In this document: positions 24,888 through 33,813 of the stretch, piece by piece
Numbering within the stretch: position 1 is the stretch's first letter
Layout: every line of letters starts with the position of its first letter
Assembly (NCBI GenBank): GCA_964424615.1
Contig: CAYRIU010000020.1
Coordinates: 1-46,731, forward strand
DNA length: 46,731 nt
Direction of reading: 5' to 3'
Source of the DNA: an uncultured Gammaproteobacteria bacterium
GTDB lineage: Bacteria > Patescibacteriota > Patescibacteriia > UBA1558 > GWA2-36-10
Notes under the pieces: generated by a model
The model's input: the letters and a program-made list of their open reading frames with translations, nothing else
Databases searched by the model: none
Told to the model about the DNA's origin: nothing
Position numbers and translations under genes: made by a program

Positions 24888-26690
24888 ATGGAAATTAGAA
24901 ACATCGCAATTATCGCACACGTTGACCATGGCAAGACTGCTTTGACTGACGCCATACTCAAGCAGACTGGCATGTTGTCAGACGAAAGTGTCAGTATGGA
25001 TTCCAACACTCTAGAAAAAGAGCGTGGTATTACTATTTATTCCAAAAATGCCGCGGTATTTTATAAAGATACAAAAATTAATATAGTCGATACCCCTGGA
25101 CATGCTGATTTCGGTTCAGAAGTAGAGCGTGTTTTGCGATCTATTGATAGTGTTTTGTTGGTAGTGGATGCCCAAGAGGGTCCCATGCCTCAGACTAGAT
25201 TTGTGCTGAAAAAATCTTTAGAGCTTGGTTTGAAGCCAATTGTAGTTTTGAATAAGATTGATAAACCAGCTGCTAATCCCAATCTCGCTCATGAACAAGT
25301 TTTTGAATTGTTTATGGATCTTGGTGCTACTGATGAACAGCTCGATTTTACTACTGTTTATGCCGTAGCCAAAAACGGCATTGCCAAGCGTTATTTGACT
25401 GATGACTCTCAGGACATTATGCCATTGCTGGATGTGATTTTGGAAAAAGTACAGCCAGCCAAAGCTGAAGTGGATTTGCCTTTACGTTTCCAGCCATTCA
25501 ATCTTGGCTATGATAATTTTTTGGGACGATTAGCTATTGGTCGTATTTATGAAGGTCGTCTGCAAAACAAGGGTAATCTAGTGTTAAAAAAATTAAATGG
25601 TGAAAATAAAACTGGCCGCATCACTAAACTTTTTACCTTCAAAGGTTTGGAAAGAATAGAGGCTGAAGAAGCTCTAGCTGGTGATATTGTCATGATTGCA
25701 GGATTTTCTGATATTGATATTGGTGAAACTCTTTGTCTCAATGCCGAACAAGAGGCCTTGCCAGCTATTACAGTTGATGAACCAACAATTTCTTTGGATT
25801 TTTTGGTCAACAGTTCTCCTTTTGCTGGTCGCGAAGGCAAGTTTGTCACTAGCAAACAATTACGTGAGCGTTTAGAAAAAGAATTAGAAATCAATGTTGG
25901 TTTGAAAATAGATTTTGCCAATGACACCAACAAAGTTTATGGTCGTGGAGAATTACACATTGCCATCTTGATAGAAAATATGCGTCGTGAAGGTTTTGAA
26001 ATGCAAGTTTCTCAGCCCCAAGTCATCATCAAAGAAAAAGATGGTCAAAAGATGGAACCTTTTGAAGAAGTGACTATTGATGTACCAGAAGACAAATCCG
26101 GCATTGTGATAGAAAAAATTGGTAAACGCAAAGGTATAGTAGTAGATATGAAGATGCACGGCAGTCAGTCTCGTTTGGTTTTTGAAATGCCTACCCGTGG
26201 TTTATTGGGCTACAGAGGAGAGTTTATTGTGGATACTAGAGGAGAAGGTATTTTGTGCTCCAGAGTGATTGGCTACAAGCCATATGTTGGTGAGATCAAA
26301 AAAAGAGAAGTTGGCTCTATGGTTTCTATGGCCACTGGTAAGGCTTTAGGATTTTCTTTATTTAATCTCCAAGAGCGTGGCGTGCTATATATCGGACCAG
26401 GAGTAGAGGTCTATGAGGGCATGGTCATTGGTAATGCTGCCAAAGGCATGGATATGATCGTCAATCCTACCAAGGGTAAACAGCTGACCAATATGCGTAG
26501 CAAAGCCTCGGATGAAGCTATTATTTTGGTGCCACCAACTATCATGAGTGTAGAAAAAGGTTTAGAAACCATCGCTGATGATGAATATCTTGAAATCACT
26601 CCGCATAGTGTCCGTATTCGCAAGCAATCCCTGACTGAAGCTGAGCGTCGTAAAATCAATCGCCAGGCTGAAAAAATAGACGAAGAATAA
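24888..26690 (+). CDS. typA: Translational GTPase TypA/BipA
   Basis: [41 protein letters not shown] and a BipA-type C-terminal domain. The ORF track starts at GTG 24882, but ATG 24888 fits the promoter geometry better. Confidence 0.93.
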   Translation: MEIRNIAIIAHVDHGKTALTDAILKQTGMLSDESVSMDSNTLEKERGITIYSKNAAVFYKDTKINIVDTPGHADFGSEVERVLRSIDSVLLVVDAQEGPMPQTRFVLKKSLELGLKPIVVLNKIDKPAANPNLAHEQVFELFMDLGATDEQLDFTTVYAVAKNGIAKRYLTDDSQDIMPLLDVILEKVQPAKAEVDLPLRFQPFNLGYDNFLGRLAIGRIYEGRLQNKGNLVLKKLNGENKTGRITKLFTFKGLERIEAEEALAGDIVMIAGFSDIDIGETLCLNAEQEALPAITVDEPTISLDFLVNSSPFAGREGKFVTSKQLRERLEKELEINVGLKIDFANDTNKVYGRGELHIAILIENMRREGFEMQVSQPQVIIKEKDGQKMEPFEEVTIDVPEDKSGIVIEKIGKRKGIVVDMKMHGSQSRLVFEMPTRGLLGYRGEFIVDTRGEGILCSRVIGYKPYVGEIKKREVGSMVSMATGKALGFSLFNLQERGVLYIGPGVEVYEGMVIGNAAKGMDMIVNPTKGKQLTNMRSKASDEAIILVPPTIMSVEKGLETIADDEYLEITPHSVRIRKQSLTEAERRKINRQAEKIDEE

Positions 26691-26707
26691 TATAATATTA
26701 AATAAAA

Positions 26708-26730
26708 GAACGCCTAAAAATGCGTTTTTT
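26708..26730 (+). terminator. Putative intrinsic terminator after typA
   Basis: The hairpin gaacgc-ctaaaaat-gcgttt is followed by a T run (26725-26731). It lies inside the N-terminal extension of the ORF-track uppS call, which argues for the later uppS start. Confidence 0.5.
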
Positions 26731-26764
26731 TATATTTGTCATACTTCACAAGCAAAATTTATAT

Positions 26765-26782
26765 TGCTATAATAAAAAAATG
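26765..26782 (+). promoter_or_regulatory. Extended -10 promoter with leaderless-type spacing (uppS)
   Basis: TGcTATAAT (26765-26773), 6 intervening nt, then the ATG at 26780. No SD. Confidence 0.55.
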
Positions 26783-27481
26783 AAAAATGAAAATAATCTA
26801 ATTCCTCAACATATTGCTATTATTATCGATGGCAACCGTCGCTGGGCTAGATCAAATAATTTGCCAACTTTTGAAGGTCATCGTATTGGCTTTGATAAGG
26901 TCAAAAAAATAGCAGAATACGCTCTAGAAAAAGGGGTAAAGATCATGACTATCTACGCTTTTTCTACTGAGAACTGGAAAAGAAGTCAAGATGAAGTGGA
27001 TTATTTACTGGGCTTGTTCAAAATTTTACTAGAAAAAGAAGCTAGGGGTTTACTAGACAAAGGGATTAAATTACAAATATTGGGCAATAGGAGTGGGTTG
27101 TCAAAAGATTTGCAAGCGGCCATCACCAAAGCTGAAGCATTGACCCAGTCAGCTGATCGGGGAATTTTGAATATTTGTTTTAATTACGGTGGTCGTGATG
27201 AGATTGTCAGAGCTGTTCAAAAAATAATAGCCGATAAAATACCAGCTGCTGATATTACTGAAGATGTGATCAAAGAAAATCTGTACACCAAAAATATGAT
27301 TGACCCTGATTTTATTATTCGTACTTCTGGAGAGCAAAGATTATCTGGATTTTTGACTTGGCAATCAGTATATAGTGAATTATATTTTACCAAAAAAATG
27401 TGGCCAGAATTTGAGCCAGAAGATTTTGATTTGGCTTTAGAAGAGTATAGTAATCGCCATAGAAGGTTTGGTGGCAATTAG
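26780..27481 (+). CDS. uppS: Undecaprenyl (isoprenyl) diphosphate synthase
   Basis: HIAIIIDGNRRWA, AFSTENWKRS, IIRTSGEQRLSGFLTWQSVYSELYF and RRFGG. The start is taken at MKNENNL; the ORF track's 26720 start runs through a terminator and the promoter. Confidence 0.92.
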   Translation: MKNENNLIPQHIAIIIDGNRRWARSNNLPTFEGHRIGFDKVKKIAEYALEKGVKIMTIYAFSTENWKRSQDEVDYLLGLFKILLEKEARGLLDKGIKLQILGNRSGLSKDLQAAITKAEALTQSADRGILNICFNYGGRDEIVRAVQKIIADKIPAADITEDVIKENLYTKNMIDPDFIIRTSGEQRLSGFLTWQSVYSELYFTKKMWPEFEPEDFDLALEEYSNRHRRFGGN

Positions 27482-27495
27482 CTTTTTGTGATATA

Positions 27496-27635
27496 ATTTA
27501 CCCTGTAAAATACCGCTAATAGTTTTTTAATAATTTAAAATATTTTAAATCACTATGCAAATTATTTTTTTGCAATAAAGATTATAATAGCGGTAATTTC
27601 CGCTTTTTATGCGGAAATTATTTTACAGGGTAAAT
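27496..27635. repeat. 17-bp perfect inverted repeat enclosing an AT-rich 106-nt spacer and a terminator hairpin
   Basis: atttaccctgtaaaata (27496-27512) is the exact reverse complement of tattttacagggtaaat (27619-27635). Confidence 0.8.
27594..27626 (+). terminator. Intrinsic terminator downstream of uppS
   Basis: A 10-bp stem pairs taatttccgc with gcggaaatta (27594-27603/27611-27620) around a 7-nt loop, followed by tttta. Confidence 0.6.
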
Positions 27636-27651
27636 ACTTAAAAACAAAAAT

Positions 27652-29781
27652 ATGAAAAAAACTAGCAAGAAAAAAATAAATAAACAAAAAAAATTATTTA
27701 GCAACATATGGAATCACTATGGAAATACCAATACTTCCCTGGTGATTGTTTTATTTTTACTAGTCTTAGGTAGCGGATTGTATTTATTGTCTTCTTACAT
27801 GAATGATAGTGCTCACTCAATCAAAAATCAGATACCTATTCAAAATAACAACAATACCAACTACGATTTTTCTACTCAAGTAGCCAAATTTACATCAGCT
27901 GATGAGTTCAAAGAATATATTGCTCAAGCTCAGTTAGTCAGTAGTTCTGGGTATTATAATATTATGGGTAATATGGGCATGGGTACGATGGCTAGAGATA
28001 TGGTGGTCAGTGCTCCGACTATGACGGAAGATTTTGGCAATACTGCTCCTAGTGCCGTCAAGGCAGATTCTAATGCTGTCACTAGTATTGATAGATATTC
28101 CAATACCAATGTCCAGGTAGCTGGTATAGATGAGCCAGATATTATCAAAACTGATGGTAATAATATTTATTATGCCAAACAGCAAAATTATTATATGTAT
28201 GAGCGCATGATGGCGCCAATAGATATCAATGGTATTTATCCTTATCCACAACAAAAAGTACAAACAGATATCATCAAATCTTGGCCATTATCTGATATGA
28301 AGTTTTTATCCAAGATCGATAAGACTGGACAGCTATTACTCAAGGATAATATATTGGTAGTATTTTCTGGCAATGAAATCAATGCTTATGATGTCACCAA
28401 TCAAGAAAAGCCAGACAAAAAATGGACCATCAAGTTAGACTCAGATTCACAAACAGTATTTGATCAGGCTCGCTTGTATGGCAATGATATTTATCTAGTC
28501 ACTCATACTTATATCAATGACAACGAGCCTTGTCCCATCAGACCGCTGAACGTCAACGATGAAAAATTGGTCATTACTTGTTCAGATATTTATCATCCTA
28601 TATCTTTGACAGCAGCCAATGCTACTTATGTAGCTATGAAGCTTGATCTCAAATCAGGTAAAGTGACTGCCAGTACTTCTTTTGTAGCCAGCGAAGGCCA
28701 GTCTGTAGTCTATATGTCAGAAAACAATCTTTATATCACTTATCCGCAGTCCATAGATATGTTTACCTTTTACTCAGATTTCTTAAAGCAAAGTGCTAGT
28801 GATTTATTGAGCTCTACTGTCCAAGAAAAAATTGCTAAACTACGATCATATGATTTGAGTAATTACACCAAGATGATGGAGCTAGGAGTGATCATAGATA
28901 ATTGGAAAAAAAGTTTAAGTAAAGATGAAAATTTGCGCATCGAGACAGAATTAGAAAATCGTTTTCAAGATTATTACAAAAATAATAAAAGAGGATTAGC
29001 TAATACCGGTCTAGTGAAGATTGGTGTGGGTGATTTGCAAATGAAAGCTAGTGGAGCAGTGCCTGGCTATCCATTGAACCAATGGTCATTAGATGAGTAT
29101 AAAGGCAATTTACGCATAGCTACTACCTTGGGTGGTATGTGGGATTCTGTTTTTGCTAGCAATAGTGAAAGCGCCAATGATTTGTATGTTTTGGGTGATG
29201 ATCTAAAAATCGTTGGCAAATTATTAGACATGGGTTTAACTGAAAGAATATATAGTGCCAGATTTATTGAAGACAAAGCTTATATAGTGACTTTTAGACA
29301 GACAGATCCATTTTATGTGATTGATTTGAGTGATCCTAAACACCCAGACAAAAAAGGTGAGCTGAAAATCCCGGGTTATTCCGCTTATTTACATCCTATA
29401 AATAAAGACAGAATCTTAGGTATTGGTGAAGATGGTAATAAGGTCAAAATTTCTTTGTTTGACGTATCCAATGCTAGTGATCCAAAAGAATTGGATAAAT
29501 ATTCTTTGGATGAGTACTACACAGAGGTCAACAACAATGCCAAGGCATTCATGATTGATCAAAACTACAAGGTATTCTTTGTCCCTGGTAGCAAGGGTGG
29601 CTATATACTGAGCTATGACAATGATAAATTGTCACTGGTCAAAGCTGCTCAGATGGATCAAGTCAAGAGAGCCATATTTGTCAATGACTATTTTTATGTC
29701 CTAGGTGAAAATAAAATCAAAGTTTATGATGAAAAAACCTGGACAGAGCAGAAAACCTTTGATTTATCCCTAGCCGAATAG
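27652..29781 (+). CDS. Secreted/anchored beta-propeller domain protein (Beta_propel/COG4880-like)
   Basis: N-terminal Lys-rich segment plus a TM/signal anchor. The C-terminal region ...ERIYSARFIEDKAYIVTFRQTDPFYVIDLSDPKHPDKKGELKIPGYSAYLHPI...KAFMIDQNYKVFFVP matches my memory of this family. Confidence 0.7.
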   Translation: MKKTSKKKINKQKKLFSNIWNHYGNTNTSLVIVLFLLVLGSGLYLLSSYMNDSAHSIKNQIPIQNNNNTNYDFSTQVAKFTSADEFKEYIAQAQLVSSSGYYNIMGNMGMGTMARDMVVSAPTMTEDFGNTAPSAVKADSNAVTSIDRYSNTNVQVAGIDEPDIIKTDGNNIYYAKQQNYYMYERMMAPIDINGIYPYPQQKVQTDIIKSWPLSDMKFLSKIDKTGQLLLKDNILVVFSGNEINAYDVTNQEKPDKKWTIKLDSDSQTVFDQARLYGNDIYLVTHTYINDNEPCPIRPLNVNDEKLVITCSDIYHPISLTAANATYVAMKLDLKSGKVTASTSFVASEGQSVVYMSENNLYITYPQSIDMFTFYSDFLKQSASDLLSSTVQEKIAKLRSYDLSNYTKMMELGVIIDNWKKSLSKDENLRIETELENRFQDYYKNNKRGLANTGLVKIGVGDLQMKASGAVPGYPLNQWSLDEYKGNLRIATTLGGMWDSVFASNSESANDLYVLGDDLKIVGKLLDMGLTERIYSARFIEDKAYIVTFRQTDPFYVIDLSDPKHPDKKGELKIPGYSAYLHPINKDRILGIGEDGNKVKISLFDVSNASDPKELDKYSLDEYYTEVNNNAKAFMIDQNYKVFFVPGSKGGYILSYDNDKLSLVKAAQMDQVKRAIFVNDYFYVLGENKIKVYDEKTWTEQKTFDLSLAE

Positions 29782-29899
29782 ATACAATCCTCAAAAAGCC
29801 CTCCTCAGACCCTTTGGTCTAGGTGAGTTTTTTAGTCTTGTCAAAATCGTTATTTGTGTTAAAATAAGCTGGTTATTTATATAGTAAAAAGCAAGAATT

Positions 29900-31570
29900 A
29901 TGAACAAGTATAGTTATCCCCAACAGCACAAAATAGTTAGTAAAAACAGAATTAGATGGGCAGCTGTGTTTATTGGTATTTTGACCATGTTGGCTGTGAT
30001 GTTTATCGTGCCAAACGTGCCGTTTTTAGGCAAAGACCATTGGGTCAACAAAGTAAAAATACATCTAGGCTTAGACCTGCAAGGTGGCACACACTTGGTT
30101 TATCAAGCTGACGTGAGTAGCCTGACACCTAGTGAGCGCAAAGATAGAGTAGAGGCTTTGCGCGATGTGATTGAACGTCGTGTCAATGCTTATGGTGTTT
30201 CAGAGCCATTGGTTCAGACAAATACTAGTGGTGAAAATTATCGCATCATTGTAGAGCTAGCTGGCGTGACAGATGTCAATGAGGCTATCAAAATCATAGA
30301 CAAAACTCCTTTACTAGAGTTTAAGACTGAAGGTGCTGCTCCTGCTCCAGTAGACAATGACGCTGTGCGCAAAAAAGCTGAAGAAGTTTTGCAAAGAGCT
30401 TTAAAAAAAGAAGACTTTGCCAAATTAGCCAAAGAGTTTAGTGAAGATCCAGGGTCAAAAGATTTAGGTGGTGATTTAGGCTGGGTCAAAGCTGGTGTTT
30501 TTGTGCCAGAATTTGATAAGGCTATTTTTGAAGATTTGAAACCGGGAGAAATTAGCAAGCAATTAGTAGAATCACAATTTGGCTATCATATTATCAAAAA
30601 AATAGAAGAGAGAACCGTTGATGGAGTCAAAGAGGTTCACTCAGCCCATATATTGTTTGCCAAACAAAATGCCGACTTAAATGCCAACTGGGTCAACACT
30701 ACTTTGAGTGGTAAAAATATCAAAAAAGCTCAATTGCAATTTGATCCTACTACTCAAGAGCCTATGGTTTTGTTGGATTTTGATGAAGAGGGTACCAATA
30801 CTTTTGCTGCTTTGACCGAAGCTAATGTCGGTAAGCCTATAGGTATTTTCTTGGATGGATATTTACGTTCTAGTCCTGTGGTCCAAGAGCCTATCCGAGA
30901 TGGTTCAGCACAGATTTCTGGTAAATTCACTATCGACGAAGCCAAACAGCTAGTCAAAGATTTGAACTTGGGTGCCTTACCTGTGCCAATTAGCTTGCTC
31001 ACTCAGCAGACTATCGGACCAATCTTGGGTAAGATATCTCTCAATCAAAGTTTATTGGCTGGTATTATAGGCTTTTTGGCCGCTGCTTTGTTCATGTTGA
31101 TATTTTATCGTTTACCAGGCTTTTTGGCTGTAATTGCTTTGGGCATCTATACAGCTTTGAGCTTGGCAGTATTTGAGCTTATACCAGTGACCATGACCAT
31201 GGCTGGTATTGCCGGCTTTATACTTTCTGTTGGTATGGCGGTTGATGCTAATATTTTGATTTTTGAACGTACTAAAGAAGAATTGTACAACGGTAAAAGT
31301 TTGACTTCGGCTGTAGAAGATGGATTTGATAGAGCTTGGCCATCCATCAGAGATTCAAACTTCTCCTCAATTATTACTTGTGTGATTTTGGCTTGGTTTG
31401 GCACCTCCATAGTCAAGGGATTTGCCATTACTTTGGGTATAGGTATTTTGATATCTATGTTTTCAGCCATCACTGTCACCCACACCTTTATGCGTTTGAT
31501 TGTCAATAAAAAATTAGAAAACAAGCTCAGCTTGTTTGGTGTGTCCTTAGCTAAAACTGAAGAAAAATAA
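29900..31570 (+). CDS. secD: Protein translocase subunit SecD with a parvulin-like insert in the periplasmic P1 domain
   Basis: LGLDLQGGTHLVYQ, TPLLEFKT, GKPIGIFLDGYLRSSPVVQEPI..G.AQISG, LGALPVPI...IGPILG and the C-terminal 6-TM RND-like bundle. Residues ~150-256 carry parvulin motifs (see finding). Confidence 0.9.
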   Translation: MNKYSYPQQHKIVSKNRIRWAAVFIGILTMLAVMFIVPNVPFLGKDHWVNKVKIHLGLDLQGGTHLVYQADVSSLTPSERKDRVEALRDVIERRVNAYGVSEPLVQTNTSGENYRIIVELAGVTDVNEAIKIIDKTPLLEFKTEGAAPAPVDNDAVRKKAEEVLQRALKKEDFAKLAKEFSEDPGSKDLGGDLGWVKAGVFVPEFDKAIFEDLKPGEISKQLVESQFGYHIIKKIEERTVDGVKEVHSAHILFAKQNADLNANWVNTTLSGKNIKKAQLQFDPTTQEPMVLLDFDEEGTNTFAALTEANVGKPIGIFLDGYLRSSPVVQEPIRDGSAQISGKFTIDEAKQLVKDLNLGALPVPISLLTQQTIGPILGKISLNQSLLAGIIGFLAAALFMLIFYRLPGFLAVIALGIYTALSLAVFELIPVTMTMAGIAGFILSVGMAVDANILIFERTKEELYNGKSLTSAVEDGFDRAWPSIRDSNFSSIITCVILAWFGTSIVKGFAITLGIGILISMFSAITVTHTFMRLIVNKKLENKLSLFGVSLAKTEEK

Positions 31571-31571
31571 T

Positions 31572-32474
31572 ATGTATAAAATTATTCAAACAAGAAAAAT
31601 TTGGTATACAGTATCAATTACCTTAGTCAGTTTATCTGTCATTGGTTGGTTCTTGTGGGGCCTAAAATACGGTATTGATTTTACTGGTGGTAGTTTGATG
31701 GATGTCAGCTACTCACAGCAAAGACCAACTGTCAGCCAGATAGAGGAGTCTTTCACCAAACTAGAGGTCAACCCAGTGATTGTACAGCCAGCTGGAGACA
31801 ACAGTTATATTTTGCGTTTCAAGGATGTCACTGAAGATAAGCATCAAGAAATTGTAAAATCTATTTCCGAGATCAAAGTAGACAATGTGGATAATACATT
31901 TACCGAAAATAAATTTGAATCCATTGGTCCTTCTCTAGGCAAAGAGCTAAAAACAAAAGCTATCCAAGCAATTATTATTGTTTTGATATTTATTGTTTTG
32001 TATATTGCTTATGCTTTTAGAAAAGTATCAAAGCCTGTAGAATCATGGAAATACGGCTTGGCAGCCATCATAGCTTTGACACACGATATTTTGATAGTGA
32101 CTGGCGTGTTTGTCTTCTTGGGTAAATTTTTGGGAGTAGAGGTGGATAGCTTGTTTGTCACTGCATTACTTACTATTTTGGGATTTTCAGTGCATGATAC
32201 TATCGTTACTTTTGATCGTATTAGAGAAAATCTATTCAAGAGCAGAACTTATGATAATTTTGAAGAAATTATCAATGTGAGTATCAATCAAACTATGATT
32301 CGCTCATTAAATACATCCCTTACTACCTTTTTGGCTCTCATGGCTATATTGTTATTTGGTGGTGCTAGTACTAGATATTTAGCTTTGGCTCTATCTATTG
32401 GTGTGGTGGTTGGTACCTATTCTTCTATTTTCATTGCTTCTCCTATATTGTTGTTGTTTACTAAAAAACGCTAA
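31572..32474 (+). CDS. secF: Protein translocase subunit SecF
   Basis: GIDFTGGSLMDV near the N-terminus, ...HDTIVTFDRIREN... and 6 TM helices. It directly follows secD. Confidence 0.92.
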   Translation: MYKIIQTRKIWYTVSITLVSLSVIGWFLWGLKYGIDFTGGSLMDVSYSQQRPTVSQIEESFTKLEVNPVIVQPAGDNSYILRFKDVTEDKHQEIVKSISEIKVDNVDNTFTENKFESIGPSLGKELKTKAIQAIIIVLIFIVLYIAYAFRKVSKPVESWKYGLAAIIALTHDILIVTGVFVFLGKFLGVEVDSLFVTALLTILGFSVHDTIVTFDRIRENLFKSRTYDNFEEIINVSINQTMIRSLNTSLTTFLALMAILLFGGASTRYLALALSIGVVVGTYSSIFIASPILLLFTKKR

Positions 32475-32500
32475 AATTAGCCAAAATAATTGATTTTTTG

Positions 32501-32540
32501 TCAACCCCTATTTTTTAGTAAATTGGGGTTGACTTATTTT
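32501..32540 (+). terminator. Putative terminator after secF, overlapping the next promoter
   Basis: An 8-bp stem pairs tcaacccc with ggggttga (32501-32508/32525-32532) around a 16-nt loop, followed by cttatttt. TTGACT (32529-32534), 17 nt, TATGCT (32552-32557) form the promoter of the next gene. Confidence 0.5.
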
Positions 32541-32608
32541 CATAAATGTGTTATGCTATAGGCGACATTAAATAAAGCTGTCAAATTTTTATTGTTTTAT
32601 ATAAAAAT

Positions 32609-33712
32609 ATGGAATCAATTTTAGACCAAGTTATTACAGCCAAACACCAATCTAATCTAGCTAGTTTCAATCCCCATGAGACGCTGGAAGGTATTTTAGC
32701 TGCTCTGACAGAACGTGAGCGTGAGATTATCAAGCTACGCCATGGTTTATCTGGCTATGAGAAGAAAACCCTAGAAGAGATTGGTAAGCAATATGCTGTC
32801 ACTCGTGAGCGTGTTCGTCAAATAGAAAATAGCTCACTCAAAAAAATCATCAAAAATTTTGATGAAACTTATCTACAAGAAATTGAAGATATTACTAATG
32901 GTATATTATCAGAGCATGGTGGCTTGATGGCTGAAGTCAACTTGATCAAAGAATTATTGACTTCTTCTGGCTACAATGATGACAATCACTCTGCTGTAGT
33001 CTTTATCTTGGGTCAATTATTAAAACATCGCTTTCAATTTATCCGCGAAGGTAAAGAATATTTTGACTACTGGAAAGCTCCAGAATCTTCTGTGGATTTT
33101 TATGATCGAGTGATTGATGAAGTTATCAATATAGTTGAAGGTCATGGTAATCCTTTGAACTTGGAAACTTTATTAGCCAAAATCCAGGAGACAGATTATT
33201 ACAAGCAAAATGAAAATTTAACTGACAAAGTTGTTTTGAACTTTATCTATATCACCAAAAAGTTAAAATCAAATCCTTATGAAGAGTGGGGATTGTCTCA
33301 TTGGTCTGATATTTCACCAAAGAGAATGAATGATAAAATCTATTTGGTTCTCAAAAAAGAAAATAGACCAATGCACTTCAACGAAATTGCCGAAATGATC
33401 AACAAGATGGACTTTGATCATCGTCAGGCCTATCCAGCTACTATACACAATGAACTAATATTGGATGACAAGTATGTTTTGGTAGGACGTGGTATCTATG
33501 CCTTAAAAGAATGGGGCTATAAGCCAGGCGTAGTTTCTGATGTGATTGAAGAAATACTGCGCAAGAGTGATAGACCATTGAGTAAAAAAGAGATCGTAGA
33601 AGAAGTTTTGAAGCATCGCATGATCAAAGAGACCACTGTCACTTTGGCCCTGATGAACAAGAACAGATTTATCAAAAATGAAAACGGAAAATACTCTTTA
33701 AAAAATGCATAA
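32609..33712 (+). CDS. Sigma-70 region 4 (HTH) protein fused to HARE-HTH/winged-helix domains; not a canonical sigma factor
   Basis: The N-terminal LTEREREIIKLRHGL...KTLEEIGKQYAVTRERVRQIENSSLKKI is sigma region 4. No region 2 is present. The C-terminal MHFNEIAEMI...IHNELILDDKYVLVGRGIYALKEWGY resembles the HARE-HTH domain of the RNAP delta subunit. Confidence 0.7.
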   Translation: MESILDQVITAKHQSNLASFNPHETLEGILAALTEREREIIKLRHGLSGYEKKTLEEIGKQYAVTRERVRQIENSSLKKIIKNFDETYLQEIEDITNGILSEHGGLMAEVNLIKELLTSSGYNDDNHSAVVFILGQLLKHRFQFIREGKEYFDYWKAPESSVDFYDRVIDEVINIVEGHGNPLNLETLLAKIQETDYYKQNENLTDKVVLNFIYITKKLKSNPYEEWGLSHWSDISPKRMNDKIYLVLKKENRPMHFNEIAEMINKMDFDHRQAYPATIHNELILDDKYVLVGRGIYALKEWGYKPGVVSDVIEEILRKSDRPLSKKEIVEEVLKHRMIKETTVTLALMNKNRFIKNENGKYSLKNA

Positions 33713-33720
33713 ATTTATCA

Positions 33721-33760
33721 AAAAACAACTTCACATGTTAGTGGGTTGTTTTTTGTTTTT
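33721..33760 (+). terminator. Intrinsic terminator after the sigma-region-4 gene
   Basis: aaaaacaac pairs with gttgttttt, with an inner cac/gtg extension, followed by a T run. Confidence 0.55.
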
Positions 33761-33813
33761 TACTTCTGGCAAATATTGCCAAAAAATTGTATAATATATA
33801 CATAATCAGAAAT

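Noticed and set aside
26720-26779. N-terminal extensions in the ORF track (uppS from 26720; 509-aa gene from TTG 33787; typA from GTG 24882; 92-aa gene from GTG 39261)
   Set aside because: Each extension runs through a terminator hairpin, a -10 box or the SD itself. The downstream ATG fits both the family N-terminus and the promoter geometry.
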